The position numbers were made by a program, and so were the translations under genes. A stretch of 64,000 nt of DNA, from contig CALSTK010000004.1 of assembly GCA_943789245.1 (NCBI GenBank), positions 15,758 to 79,757 on the forward strand. Direction: 5' to 3'. The notes under the pieces are model-generated. The model saw only the letters and a list, made by a program, of their open reading frames with translations. It did not search any database and had not been told where the DNA came from. Of the stretch, positions 50,679 to 58,579 are shown piece by piece; within the stretch, counting starts at the first letter, position 1, and each line of letters begins with the position of its first letter. The DNA is from an uncultured Luminiphilus sp. GTDB lineage: Bacteria; Pseudomonadota; Gammaproteobacteria; Pseudomonadales; Halieaceae.

Positions 50679-51529
50679 TCGCCACGATCCGAAATGACCT
50701 TCATCATACGATGCGCGGTCTCTAATCCAGAGTTTTGATTTTGTCCCGTTACAAAACGTTGCTCGTCATCGACGACCACGTGGGTGGCAAAAAAGTCACG
50801 AAACGCAGTCTGCTGCTCGTAAATGACGCCCGCTTTACGCAGTTCAGTCTCCGGATGCTTGGGCGTGACCTCGATGCCCAGTTCTTTAATCTGCTTATCC
50901 GAGACGCCCGTCATTCTGCGTCCAGCGATTAATTTATTTCCGTCGATGTCCTGAGCGTTGACCAGCCCTAAAACACCGTGACAAACACCACCGATGACCG
51001 CCTCTCTCTCACCGTAATAGGACGTCGAAACCTGCTCACCTAAGACGGCAGACTGTGCCAGATCGTAGGCGGCGCCCCAACCTCCAGAAATAAAGACGAT
51101 GTCGTACTGGGTAATATCCACCTCAGAAACAGCAAGTGAATTCGCCACCTTTGCTTGCGCAATGGGATCCTCAAGATAGCGCTCGTCCTCTGGGCTTCGG
51201 ACTATGTAGTTCAAGGTTTGCGGATCAATGGGGATCTGCCCTCCTTTAATACTGGCCATATCGACGTCCATTCCGCCGTCCGTGAACACGTAGTAGGGGT
51301 GCGTAAACTCAGAGGCCATGACGCCCGTTTCAGGGCCATCGGTCTCGCCAGGCGCGGCGAGTGTACTGTGGCTTGTCGTAATGATCAGCGCCCGCTTGCC
51401 CGGCAAAGCAACCGAGTCGCCCTCATAGGTAGGATGCAAGCCGCCTTTGTGCAGCAGGGTTGGCAATGCGATGGCGACTACAACGGCAAGCCCCACAACG
51501 ACACCGAGACCTTTGACTATTTTATTCAT
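50675..51529 (-). CDS. DJ-1/PfpI (class I glutamine amidotransferase-like) family protein with an N-terminal membrane anchor
   Basis: IVFISGGWGAAYDL and the nucleophile elbow GGVCHGVLGL. The ATG at 51529 gives MNKIVKGLGVVVGLAVVVAIAL. Confidence 0.65.
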   Translation of the reverse strand: MNKIVKGLGVVVGLAVVVAIALPTLLHKGGLHPTYEGDSVALPGKRALIITTSHSTLAAPGETDGPETGVMASEFTHPYYVFTDGGMDVDMASIKGGQIPIDPQTLNYIVRSPEDERYLEDPIAQAKVANSLAVSEVDITQYDIVFISGGWGAAYDLAQSAVLGEQVSTSYYGEREAVIGGVCHGVLGLVNAQDIDGNKLIAGRRMTGVSDKQIKELGIEVTPKHPETELRKAGVIYEQQTAFRDFFATHVVVDDEQRFVTGQNQNSGLETAHRMMKVISDRGE

Positions 51530-51913
51530 TAACAAGTGCCTCTTGCAGTGGGACAGAGCCTCGTTGTTGCGCAACCATATATTGGCATATCTTATGTCAT
51601 ATTAGGTGGGGATGATGAGAACTGCAACCAGGTTCTCGCAAAGCGCTCACACTTAAGCGGCAGCCCAACAGCTCGCACTCGCCGCCTGAATCATTTAAAA
51701 GCCCCCATCTGAGAGAAAATGCCGCAATAAATGCGAGGGAAATTAGAGCTGCAGGCCCCTTTAGAGGGTCCGGTGGTGTCTTAAGGTGGGCATTTGGCAC
51801 GCGCAAAGAGTGCGTTATTATTAGTCGGCCCTGCGCCGATACGTCGCGCTAAGCACCGCCGCATGAGTGTCGTTTCAGGCGCGGGATTTAAGAACATAGG
51901 CAGAGGTCCGTTT

Positions 51914-52228
51914 ATGAATGATTTACCGGTTTACATGATCGTCAATCTTCATGTGACCGATGCTGATACCTACCGCATCTATGAAAAGGGCTTTTTCGGC
52001 CTATTGAAAAAATACGATGGACAGTTCGTCACCTTCGATGACGATCCTGTGACCTTTGAGGGGTGTGCGCCGAGACAAGGTCGGATGATTATTTTCCAAT
52101 TCCCCTCTGAAGAAAAGGCGCGCAACTGGTTCGATGATCCGGCGTATCAGCGACTTTCTGAAAATCGCCGCGCAGGGACAAAGCTCGAATTTCTAACGAT
52201 GGTCCGAGGGTTGCCTCCACGAAAATGA
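51914..52228 (+). CDS. DUF1330 domain protein
   Basis: About 104 aa from the ATG at 51914. The pattern VYMIVNLHVTDADTYRIYEKG...MIIFQFPSEEKARNWFDDPAYQ is typical of DUF1330. Confidence 0.7.
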   Translation: MNDLPVYMIVNLHVTDADTYRIYEKGFFGLLKKYDGQFVTFDDDPVTFEGCAPRQGRMIIFQFPSEEKARNWFDDPAYQRLSENRRAGTKLEFLTMVRGLPPRK

Positions 52229-53562
52229 ACAGACGCTCGTTTTTAAAAGTCACGGGATCCGCGTTTGCAGCCTTGGCCGCAAGCGGCTGTGTCGTTCGCC
52301 CCACGGGGGAGCGTTTTTTTATGGCGCCCACGGCTTACGGTGCGCTACAGCCCGATCCAGAGGGTTTACTTGATCTTCCAGAGAATTTTACCTACCGGGT
52401 TGTCTCCAGCTTGGGTGATCGCATGTCTGACGGAGCAAGCGTGCCAGACAAGGCAGACGGCATGGGCTGCTTTGACCTGGGTGACGGGCAACTGGCCCTC
52501 GTGCGTAACCACGAATTAGTGTCAACCGACGACAGTGGTGGCGCGTTTGCTATGGGGTTTGGCTCTAAAGATGGTGGGTTTGTCCCCGGCGGCACAACAC
52601 ACGTTATTTTGGATGCAAAGACCTTAACGGTCACCGATCAGTTCCGGTCACTTGGTGGCACCATCCGTAACTGTTCCGGCGGCGTCACACCTTGGAATAC
52701 ATGGCTCACGTGCGAGGAGTCAACGACAGGGCCTGGCCGCGAGTTCGGAGAGGGCTTGGTCAAAAATCACGGGTGGGTCTTTGAGGTACCCGCTAATGCC
52801 AGAGGGCTGATCGCACCCGAGCCGCTTTATGCACTTGGAAGGTTCAATCATGAAGCCGCATGTGTGGACCCTGAAACAGGCTTTGTGTACCTGACCGAAG
52901 ACCGTGATGACAGTGTGCTCTATCGATTTATCCCCAAGCAATCAGACCAGTTAGCGATGGGGGGACGCCTGCAAGCGATGCAGGTCGTGGACGCGCCAGA
53001 CCTTCGTAATTGGTCAGCGGCGTCTTTGAGGCCCGGTGGTGTCAGCGCTGTCAACTGGCTAGACCTTGACGATGTTGAGTCACCAAACGACGATTTGCGC
53101 CACCGTGCCCGCGCCAAAGGCGCCAGCCTCATTGCTCGAGGTGAGGGTATTCATATGGCCCAGGGAGAAGCTTACATTTGCTCCACCAGCGGCGGCGCGG
53201 CCCGCCTAGGTCAGATCTTACGACTGCATTTGAGTGACAACGGAGAACAGGATCGTCTTGAGTTGTTTTTTGAGAGTGTATCAACCCGCCAATTCAACTT
53301 TGGCGACAACCTGACCGTCGCCCCGAACGGACACCTCGTTGTCTGCGAAGATCAATACACAGAAAAGGTCGACAACTTTCTACGCGGCATCACGCCTGAA
53401 GGACACGCCTACCCGTTGGCCAGACTCAGATTACAAACGGAACTCGCCGGCGCGTGCTTTTCACCCGACGGGGCCACACTTTTTGTCAACGTCTACGCGC
53501 CCACCAAGACGCTGGCTATAACAGGCCCTTGGGATCAGTTCATCGATACAGTGAACGCATAG
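52225..53562 (+). CDS. Tat-exported DUF839 / PhoX-like beta-propeller protein (putative phosphatase)
   Basis: MNRRSFLKVTGSAFAALAASG twin-arginine signal, plus GGVTPWNTWLTCEES, RFNHEAACVDP and DNLTVAPNGHLVVCED motifs shared with PhoX/DUF839. It overlaps the previous gene by 4 nt. Confidence 0.65.
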   Translation: MNRRSFLKVTGSAFAALAASGCVVRPTGERFFMAPTAYGALQPDPEGLLDLPENFTYRVVSSLGDRMSDGASVPDKADGMGCFDLGDGQLALVRNHELVSTDDSGGAFAMGFGSKDGGFVPGGTTHVILDAKTLTVTDQFRSLGGTIRNCSGGVTPWNTWLTCEESTTGPGREFGEGLVKNHGWVFEVPANARGLIAPEPLYALGRFNHEAACVDPETGFVYLTEDRDDSVLYRFIPKQSDQLAMGGRLQAMQVVDAPDLRNWSAASLRPGGVSAVNWLDLDDVESPNDDLRHRARAKGASLIARGEGIHMAQGEAYICSTSGGAARLGQILRLHLSDNGEQDRLELFFESVSTRQFNFGDNLTVAPNGHLVVCEDQYTEKVDNFLRGITPEGHAYPLARLRLQTELAGACFSPDGATLFVNVYAPTKTLAITGPWDQFIDTVNA

Positions 53563-53618
53563 CGCACGAGACAAGGGGTACCACGCGGTGAAATCATAAC
53601 CCTCTTGAGATCGCCTGA

Positions 53619-54458
53619 TTAAACGATAGTCACCGTCTGTCCCGCTCTGACTTCCCCTTGTTTGACCACCTTCGCATAGACCCCTAAGTTACCGTCCGCC
53701 TCTTTTACAAGGTGACGCATGACCTCGGTATCCCGCGGGAGATCCGCTGTCGCATGGGTCGTCATGGAGCAGCGCGGGCAGGTGTCCACTATTTTCAGAA
53801 CCGCGTCCCCGACATGAAGCTCGCGGCCAATCCAGTCCTGCTCGGGATACGCTGCGTCTGATCCCACCACATTGAATATAAAATTAGCCCTAAAACGTCT
53901 TGGATCGAAGCGTGAAGTCGGTGCACGCGCTGAAAGCGTATTCAATGACTGTCGCGTGGCCAACATAAGCGGGAACGCATCAAAGTAAGTTCCCGGTGGC
54001 GACTCGAACTCCAAGACCTCACTAAACGCGCTGAGATCAGGCAATGGCTCTTCGGGAAGACGTCCAAAGAGCGTCCGCAGTTCCTCTTCGAAGTCTGCAC
54101 TATCGGGCGCACCCCGGCGGTAGTGGTCGAGATTGTCCGCCGGTAAAAGCGGCCACAGTGAGACCGAGTGCTCCAATTTCTCGGACAACCAGGCATTAAT
54201 GTCAGTGTCGGTGGAAAGACACAAACTCCCGTCGGGCGCTTGAATCTCGGCGACTCCGCCATGAGACGTTCGAGCGCTGAATAACATGAGTCTTGGAATT
54301 TTTTTTGCCCCACGGATGCCCCCGCGCTTTTCGTCGCGCGTCGCCCAACTTCGGTCACCCGGAATACCTTGCTCCCCGAGAAGGGTCTCGGCAAGTGACT
54401 CACCCAACATGGATTTAACGGGATAGCGGCAAATTTCTTCGAGTGTAATTTCTGACAT
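53619..54458 (-). CDS. MOSC domain protein (YcbX-like, N-terminal beta-barrel plus MOSC)
   Basis: 279 aa with ICRYPVKSMLGE, RFRANF and VDTCPRCSMTT (the conserved MOSC cysteine). Confidence 0.8.
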   Translation of the reverse strand: MSEITLEEICRYPVKSMLGESLAETLLGEQGIPGDRSWATRDEKRGGIRGAKKIPRLMLFSARTSHGGVAEIQAPDGSLCLSTDTDINAWLSEKLEHSVSLWPLLPADNLDHYRRGAPDSADFEEELRTLFGRLPEEPLPDLSAFSEVLEFESPPGTYFDAFPLMLATRQSLNTLSARAPTSRFDPRRFRANFIFNVVGSDAAYPEQDWIGRELHVGDAVLKIVDTCPRCSMTTHATADLPRDTEVMRHLVKEADGNLGVYAKVVKQGEVRAGQTVTIV

Positions 54459-54716
54459 GGTCGATGCGTTCTCTTTTATTCGGCGACTGCGCCCTCATCC
54501 GGCGGCCCTGAGTAAGTCCTTCACGCTGCCGGCAAGTGCTGCAGTGTGGCTCGACAGTCACAGTACATTTTCCTGCTGCCGTGGGCCAGAAATCGCAACT
54601 CTAAAAAGTGACAATTTAGGTGTTCCATTTTTGAGTTTTAGCAAGGCTAAATCGTTACAGCCCACGCCTGAAAAATACTCGTATCCTTGCCAACATTCAT
54701 CAGGGAGTAACACACC

Positions 54717-55016
54717 ATGTTTAAATTAAAGGCCGTAATTTCCATATTCACACTCGCAGTTTTGTTGTCTGGAACCGCACACGCGTCCAACAATGTCACC
54801 GAAGCCTACAGCTTCTGTAAGACAGCGGTTAAAGAAAAGTATGGCGACGAAACTCGGATCTCCATGAAGGGCAGTAAGAAGTTTGCAGGCACACTGACGG
54901 TTAAATTATCAGTCGTCCCTGCTGGTGAGGCTCGCCAGCGCATGCTGTGCAAGATCGACGCCTCCAAAGCGAGTAACAACTTGATGCTGACAGACCGCAA
55001 GGGCAACGCACTCTAA
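54717..55016 (+). CDS. small secreted protein of unknown function
   Basis: 99 aa. Signal peptide MFKLKAVISIFTLAVLLSGTAHA and two Cys residues. No recognisable family. Confidence 0.45.
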   Translation: MFKLKAVISIFTLAVLLSGTAHASNNVTEAYSFCKTAVKEKYGDETRISMKGSKKFAGTLTVKLSVVPAGEARQRMLCKIDASKASNNLMLTDRKGNAL

Positions 55017-55029
55017 ACCGAGGCAGTGG

Positions 55030-55923
55030 ATGGAACAGCTTGACTGGGACGACCTTAAAGTACTTTTGGCCTGCAGCCGCTTTGGGTCTACACGATCAGC
55101 GGCTGCAGCGTTAAAGGTCAGTAACAGTACGGTTCACCGAAAGCTGGAGTCACTGGAAGATGCCGTCGAGGGGCGTCTGTTTGATCGGACACCCGACGGC
55201 CTTCTCGCCACGGCTTTGTGCGAGGAGCTACTGCCGATCGCCAAAGTTGTTGAGGACACTATTTCAGACGGCCAACTCCGGCTGACGGGCCGCGATGCGC
55301 TTCTCGCCGGCAAGCTCAAAGTGTCGTTGGCCAATTTTGCGCCCTTAAATGCAGTTTTGTTCGAAAAACTCAATGAGTTCTCTCTGAGCTACCCGCGCAT
55401 TCAGCTCGACGTAAAAGCCTCTAATGACGTGGTGGATCTTTCGCGCAGAGAGGCCGATTTTGCCATCCGTGGTTTGCCCGTGGGTGAGCGTCCTCCCCGC
55501 GACATCGTGGGCATTAAGCTAGGACTGTTGACGGTGGGTTACTACGTGCATCGCGACCTACTGACCGACGCACGGCTGGGGCGACGTGAACTCACGTATA
55601 TTAATACGTCAGAGGACATTCCCTCGCAGTTACCCAAGCCGAGTGACCTTGGTATTGCCGTGAAGCACTCGATCGACACCAGTACTGCCCGACACGAAGC
55701 TGTGCTGAATCAGATGGGAGTGGGCGCTCTACCGTGTTTCACGGTGGCGCATGACAGCAACATTATTCGGTTACCCAACACGCTCAGCGTGCCCTACTTC
55801 CACGTCTGGCTCCTTTACCACAAGGACCTGCGACAATCCGCACGGGTGCGAGCACTGTTCACGCACCTGTCGAGTCTTGAAGACTCTTGGCCCGACGCCT
55901 GGGTTGGGATACGCGCTGAGTAA
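55030..55923 (+). CDS. LysR-family transcriptional regulator
   Basis: 297 aa. The N-terminal HTH reads LKVLLACSRFGSTRSAAAALKVSNSTVHRKLESLE. Confidence 0.85.
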   Translation: MEQLDWDDLKVLLACSRFGSTRSAAAALKVSNSTVHRKLESLEDAVEGRLFDRTPDGLLATALCEELLPIAKVVEDTISDGQLRLTGRDALLAGKLKVSLANFAPLNAVLFEKLNEFSLSYPRIQLDVKASNDVVDLSRREADFAIRGLPVGERPPRDIVGIKLGLLTVGYYVHRDLLTDARLGRRELTYINTSEDIPSQLPKPSDLGIAVKHSIDTSTARHEAVLNQMGVGALPCFTVAHDSNIIRLPNTLSVPYFHVWLLYHKDLRQSARVRALFTHLSSLEDSWPDAWVGIRAE

Positions 55924-56080
55924 GACTGGCCCAAAGGTGTGACGATCGCACCCACTACAAATTCTGAACGCCTACTAACCTACACGATGCTCTAATCATC
56001 ACTCTCTCACCAACCATAGCGGCAGCACGGCTGTTCAGTGGCGAGTTTAGCGGCAGGGCAAAGGCGTGACAGATCTTCTT

Positions 56081-56100
56081 TTGGCACCTAAACTGCCAAA
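56081..56100 (+). promoter_or_regulatory. perfect 8-bp inverted repeat that also fits sigma-54 -24/-12 spacing
   Basis: TTTTGGCA-cctaaac-TGCCAAAA. The TGGCAC-N5-CTGC part has the GG-N10-GC spacing of sigma-54 promoters. It lies 58 nt upstream of the DUF1330 gene start at 56154. Confidence 0.3.
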
Positions 56101-56153
56101 AAGTGAGCTATTCTTTCTCCCTACTTATTTGAGCCACTACGGAGGCAAGGCCC

Positions 56154-56573
56154 GTGAACGTCGAGAACAGTGTGATTCCAACACAGACTCAGATGGCAGA
56201 ATTTCTAATGCCGGGCCCGGACGGGTCGATCTTTATGGTTAATTTGCTGAAGTTTAAAGACCAAGCGAGCTACGAGGACAACCGCGAAACCGAGCTCACC
56301 GGAAAGGAAGCTTACGCAATTTACTCCGAGGGTGTGACCAAAACATTGTCGCAGGTGGGCGGTAAAGTCGTTTTTTCAGGTGACGTTAGCCGACTCATGC
56401 TAGGGGAAGTTGAAGAGCTCTGGGACTGTGTCGCCATTGCCCAATACCCCTCTCGAGCCTCGATGTTAGAGATGATGCAACTCAAAGAATATCAAGCGAT
56501 TGCCGTGCATCGAAGCGCAGGTCTTGCCGGTCAGCTTAATATTGAGACGACCGATACCCAGGGTATGTTCTGA
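56154..56573 (+). CDS. DUF1330 domain protein (second paralog)
   Basis: 139 aa with a GTG start. Contains FMVNLLKFKDQASYED...WDCVAIAQYPSRASMLEMMQLKEYQ. Confidence 0.65.
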   Translation: MNVENSVIPTQTQMAEFLMPGPDGSIFMVNLLKFKDQASYEDNRETELTGKEAYAIYSEGVTKTLSQVGGKVVFSGDVSRLMLGEVEELWDCVAIAQYPSRASMLEMMQLKEYQAIAVHRSAGLAGQLNIETTDTQGMF

Positions 56574-56726
56574 CGGTAAATGCCCAGTCACACCGCCTTA
56601 TGCATGATCGCAGTGATAGACGTCGTGACGGTTTGACGCTCAATACGCCGGCTCACGGCGCAAAACCGCTAATCACAGTCTCGACTCGATTTCTCGCCGG
56701 TTAACGCGGGTGCTCGCATGGGCCTA

Positions 56727-56749
56727 TTAGTGATACAATATATCGCTAA
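56727..56749. promoter_or_regulatory. candidate Zur/Fur-family box upstream of zur
   Basis: TTAGTGATACAATATATCGCTAA is a 23-bp AT-rich palindrome with 9 of 11 arm positions complementary. It lies 27-49 nt upstream of the ATG at 56776. Confidence 0.45.
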
Positions 56750-56775
56750 TAGCCACGTAAGAGCTCGCGCAGCCC

Positions 56776-57249
56776 ATGACAATGAAGATTAAGTCCGCCG
56801 CCGCAGTGTTGTTAGACGCAGAACATCGGTGTGAAGACAGCGGTGTAAAACTCACGAGCCGCAGGAGGCAGGTGCTCAATGCGCTGCTGCAGGAAGATCG
56901 CGCTTTGTCTGCCTATGAACTAATGGAAGTGTGCAATCGGGAGAGTAACGAGCCCATGCCTGCCATGTCGGTTTACCGAATATTAAGTTTCTTGGAGGAG
57001 CAGTCGCTCGCCCATAAGCTCAGCTCAGCCAATAAATACGTGGCCTGCTCCCACATTACCTGCGCTCACCAGCATTACAGGCGTCCTCAGTTCTTAATTT
57101 GCAATGACTGCACGAAAGTACAGGAAGTGGAAGTGAGCTCAGAGGCGCTCGTTGCTATGGAGCAGGTCGCAGAAACCGCAGGCTTTCATCTTGAGAGTCG
57201 CCAACTTGAGCTATCAGGCATCTGCAACGACTGTCGAAACAGTCAGTAA
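56776..57249 (+). CDS. zur: Fur-family metalloregulator, Zur-like
   Basis: 157 aa with a winged helix (RRQVLNALLQEDRALSAYEL..VYRILSFLEEQSLAHK), plus HxH/C motifs and paired CxxC motifs (CNDC...CNDC). Confidence 0.75.
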   Translation: MTMKIKSAAAVLLDAEHRCEDSGVKLTSRRRQVLNALLQEDRALSAYELMEVCNRESNEPMPAMSVYRILSFLEEQSLAHKLSSANKYVACSHITCAHQHYRRPQFLICNDCTKVQEVEVSSEALVAMEQVAETAGFHLESRQLELSGICNDCRNSQ

Positions 57250-57261
57250 CGAGAGTTAATA

Positions 57262-57690
57262 ATGAAATTTTCAACCGAAAAAAATCGGCCAATCGCTGAT
57301 GTAAGCGCTGTCGGACTGTCGTCACTGTGTCTCGTACACTGCTTAATGCTCCCAGTCGTCGTGTCTGTGTATCCAGCGACCATCGCAGTGACACTCAGCG
57401 ACGAAGTATTTCACCTCTTTATGGTGTTGATGGCCATTCCCATCAGTGTATTCGCATTGTTTTTTGGTTGTCGGTCGCACAAAAGCTATTCAGTTGGACT
57501 GACCGGCGCCCTCGGTATCGGCCTATTGTTCATGTCGGCTTTTCTACCGCATGAACTCGCAGGAGAAACCGGTGAGCGTCTTTTGACGGTGTCGGGAGCA
57601 CTTAGTCTGAGCGTCAGCCATGTTCTAAACTTCCGGCTCTGCCAAAGTGTAAAATGTTGTAATACGGCGGGCTCGACCGCGAATCAGTGA
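57262..57690 (+). CDS. MerC-like four-TM membrane protein (putative metal transporter)
   Basis: 142 aa. GLSSLCLVHCLMLPVV is the Cys-containing first helix typical of the MerC family. It starts 12 nt after the zur stop. Confidence 0.55.
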   Translation: MKFSTEKNRPIADVSAVGLSSLCLVHCLMLPVVVSVYPATIAVTLSDEVFHLFMVLMAIPISVFALFFGCRSHKSYSVGLTGALGIGLLFMSAFLPHELAGETGERLLTVSGALSLSVSHVLNFRLCQSVKCCNTAGSTANQ

Positions 57691-57788
57691 ACCTATCGTG
57701 ACCTCGCATTTTTCTCAAGCCGCCGCAGCACGGGAGGCGACTGCCATTGCTGCCGATCTACTCGGCAAGATCACGCCTCTCACCGACG

Positions 57789-58481
57789 CTATTGGCCTCG
57801 GTTTTGACCGTAGCTGAGCGATACGATACGGCTGAGCTCCGATAAACTTCGCCCACTTTGCGCACGCAGTTCATTGAAAAAAGCCTGTGTCGCGTTTAGG
57901 GCTCGAAGACTCCCACTACCTGAGTCAACGATGCCGTTATTGCGCAAAAAGCCCTCTACGTCAGACGTCAACAAGAACGTGTCAAAGCCAATGGATCTCA
58001 ACGCGTATGGACCCGTGTTTCCACCCAGTCGACTGCCCTTCTTCTTGAGGTACAGCCACAGTCCGATTACATCTTCCTCGGGCCAATCAGCGATAAATTC
58101 GCCAAACGCTCGATCCTCTCGCCGCTCCACGTCGTTGATCATTAAAGCGTTATGCGGAATGGTTTTAACTTTGTTGAAGTTTCTAATAATTGCCGGATCC
58201 TTCGCCTTACGCTCCAGCATTTCCTCGGGCATCATCAGTAATCGCTCGATGTCGAAGTTCCAAAAAATCTCTTCGAAATTTGCCCATTTATTATCAACCA
58301 CGCGCCACACGAAGCCCGATTGAAAAATTTTACGCGTGAACTCCGCAAGGTACCTGTCGGAGCTTAACGCTGCCAATTGCGCGTTACCCGGTGACTCCGG
58401 CAGCAGCGCTTCCAACAGCGCCTCGCCGCCCTTCCGCTCACAGGCACGTTCATAAATTGAAATGTAGTCAGGATGTTTCAT
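57789..58481 (-). CDS. DNA-3-methyladenine glycosylase I (Tag)-like protein
   Basis: 230 aa. IFQSGFVWRVVDNKWANFEEIFWNFDIERL...IIRNFNKVKTIPHNA follows the Adenine_glyco pattern (QAGLSW..I..K...F...F..FD......IIRnr.KI....NA). The zinc-snap Cys/His residues of E. coli Tag are not evident. Confidence 0.55.
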   Translation of the reverse strand: MKHPDYISIYERACERKGGEALLEALLPESPGNAQLAALSSDRYLAEFTRKIFQSGFVWRVVDNKWANFEEIFWNFDIERLLMMPEEMLERKAKDPAIIRNFNKVKTIPHNALMINDVERREDRAFGEFIADWPEEDVIGLWLYLKKKGSRLGGNTGPYALRSIGFDTFLLTSDVEGFLRNNGIVDSGSGSLRALNATQAFFNELRAQSGRSLSELSRIVSLSYGQNRGQ

Positions 58482-58579
58482 GCTCGTTAGTGTAGCCTTA
58501 AAAATTACCGAACGCGCTTTTCAGCAGCAGTCTCCAGGCGCGCGTCACTTTGCAAATGCCGTGCACCGTCTAAGGCTGG

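Noticed and set aside
51597-51806. 69-aa ORF and possible riboswitch in the 340-nt spacer upstream of the first DUF1330 gene
   Set aside because: The ORF has no RBS or homology. I could not match the spacer to any riboswitch consensus I know, and only short hairpins are present (AGAAC-n9-GTTCT).
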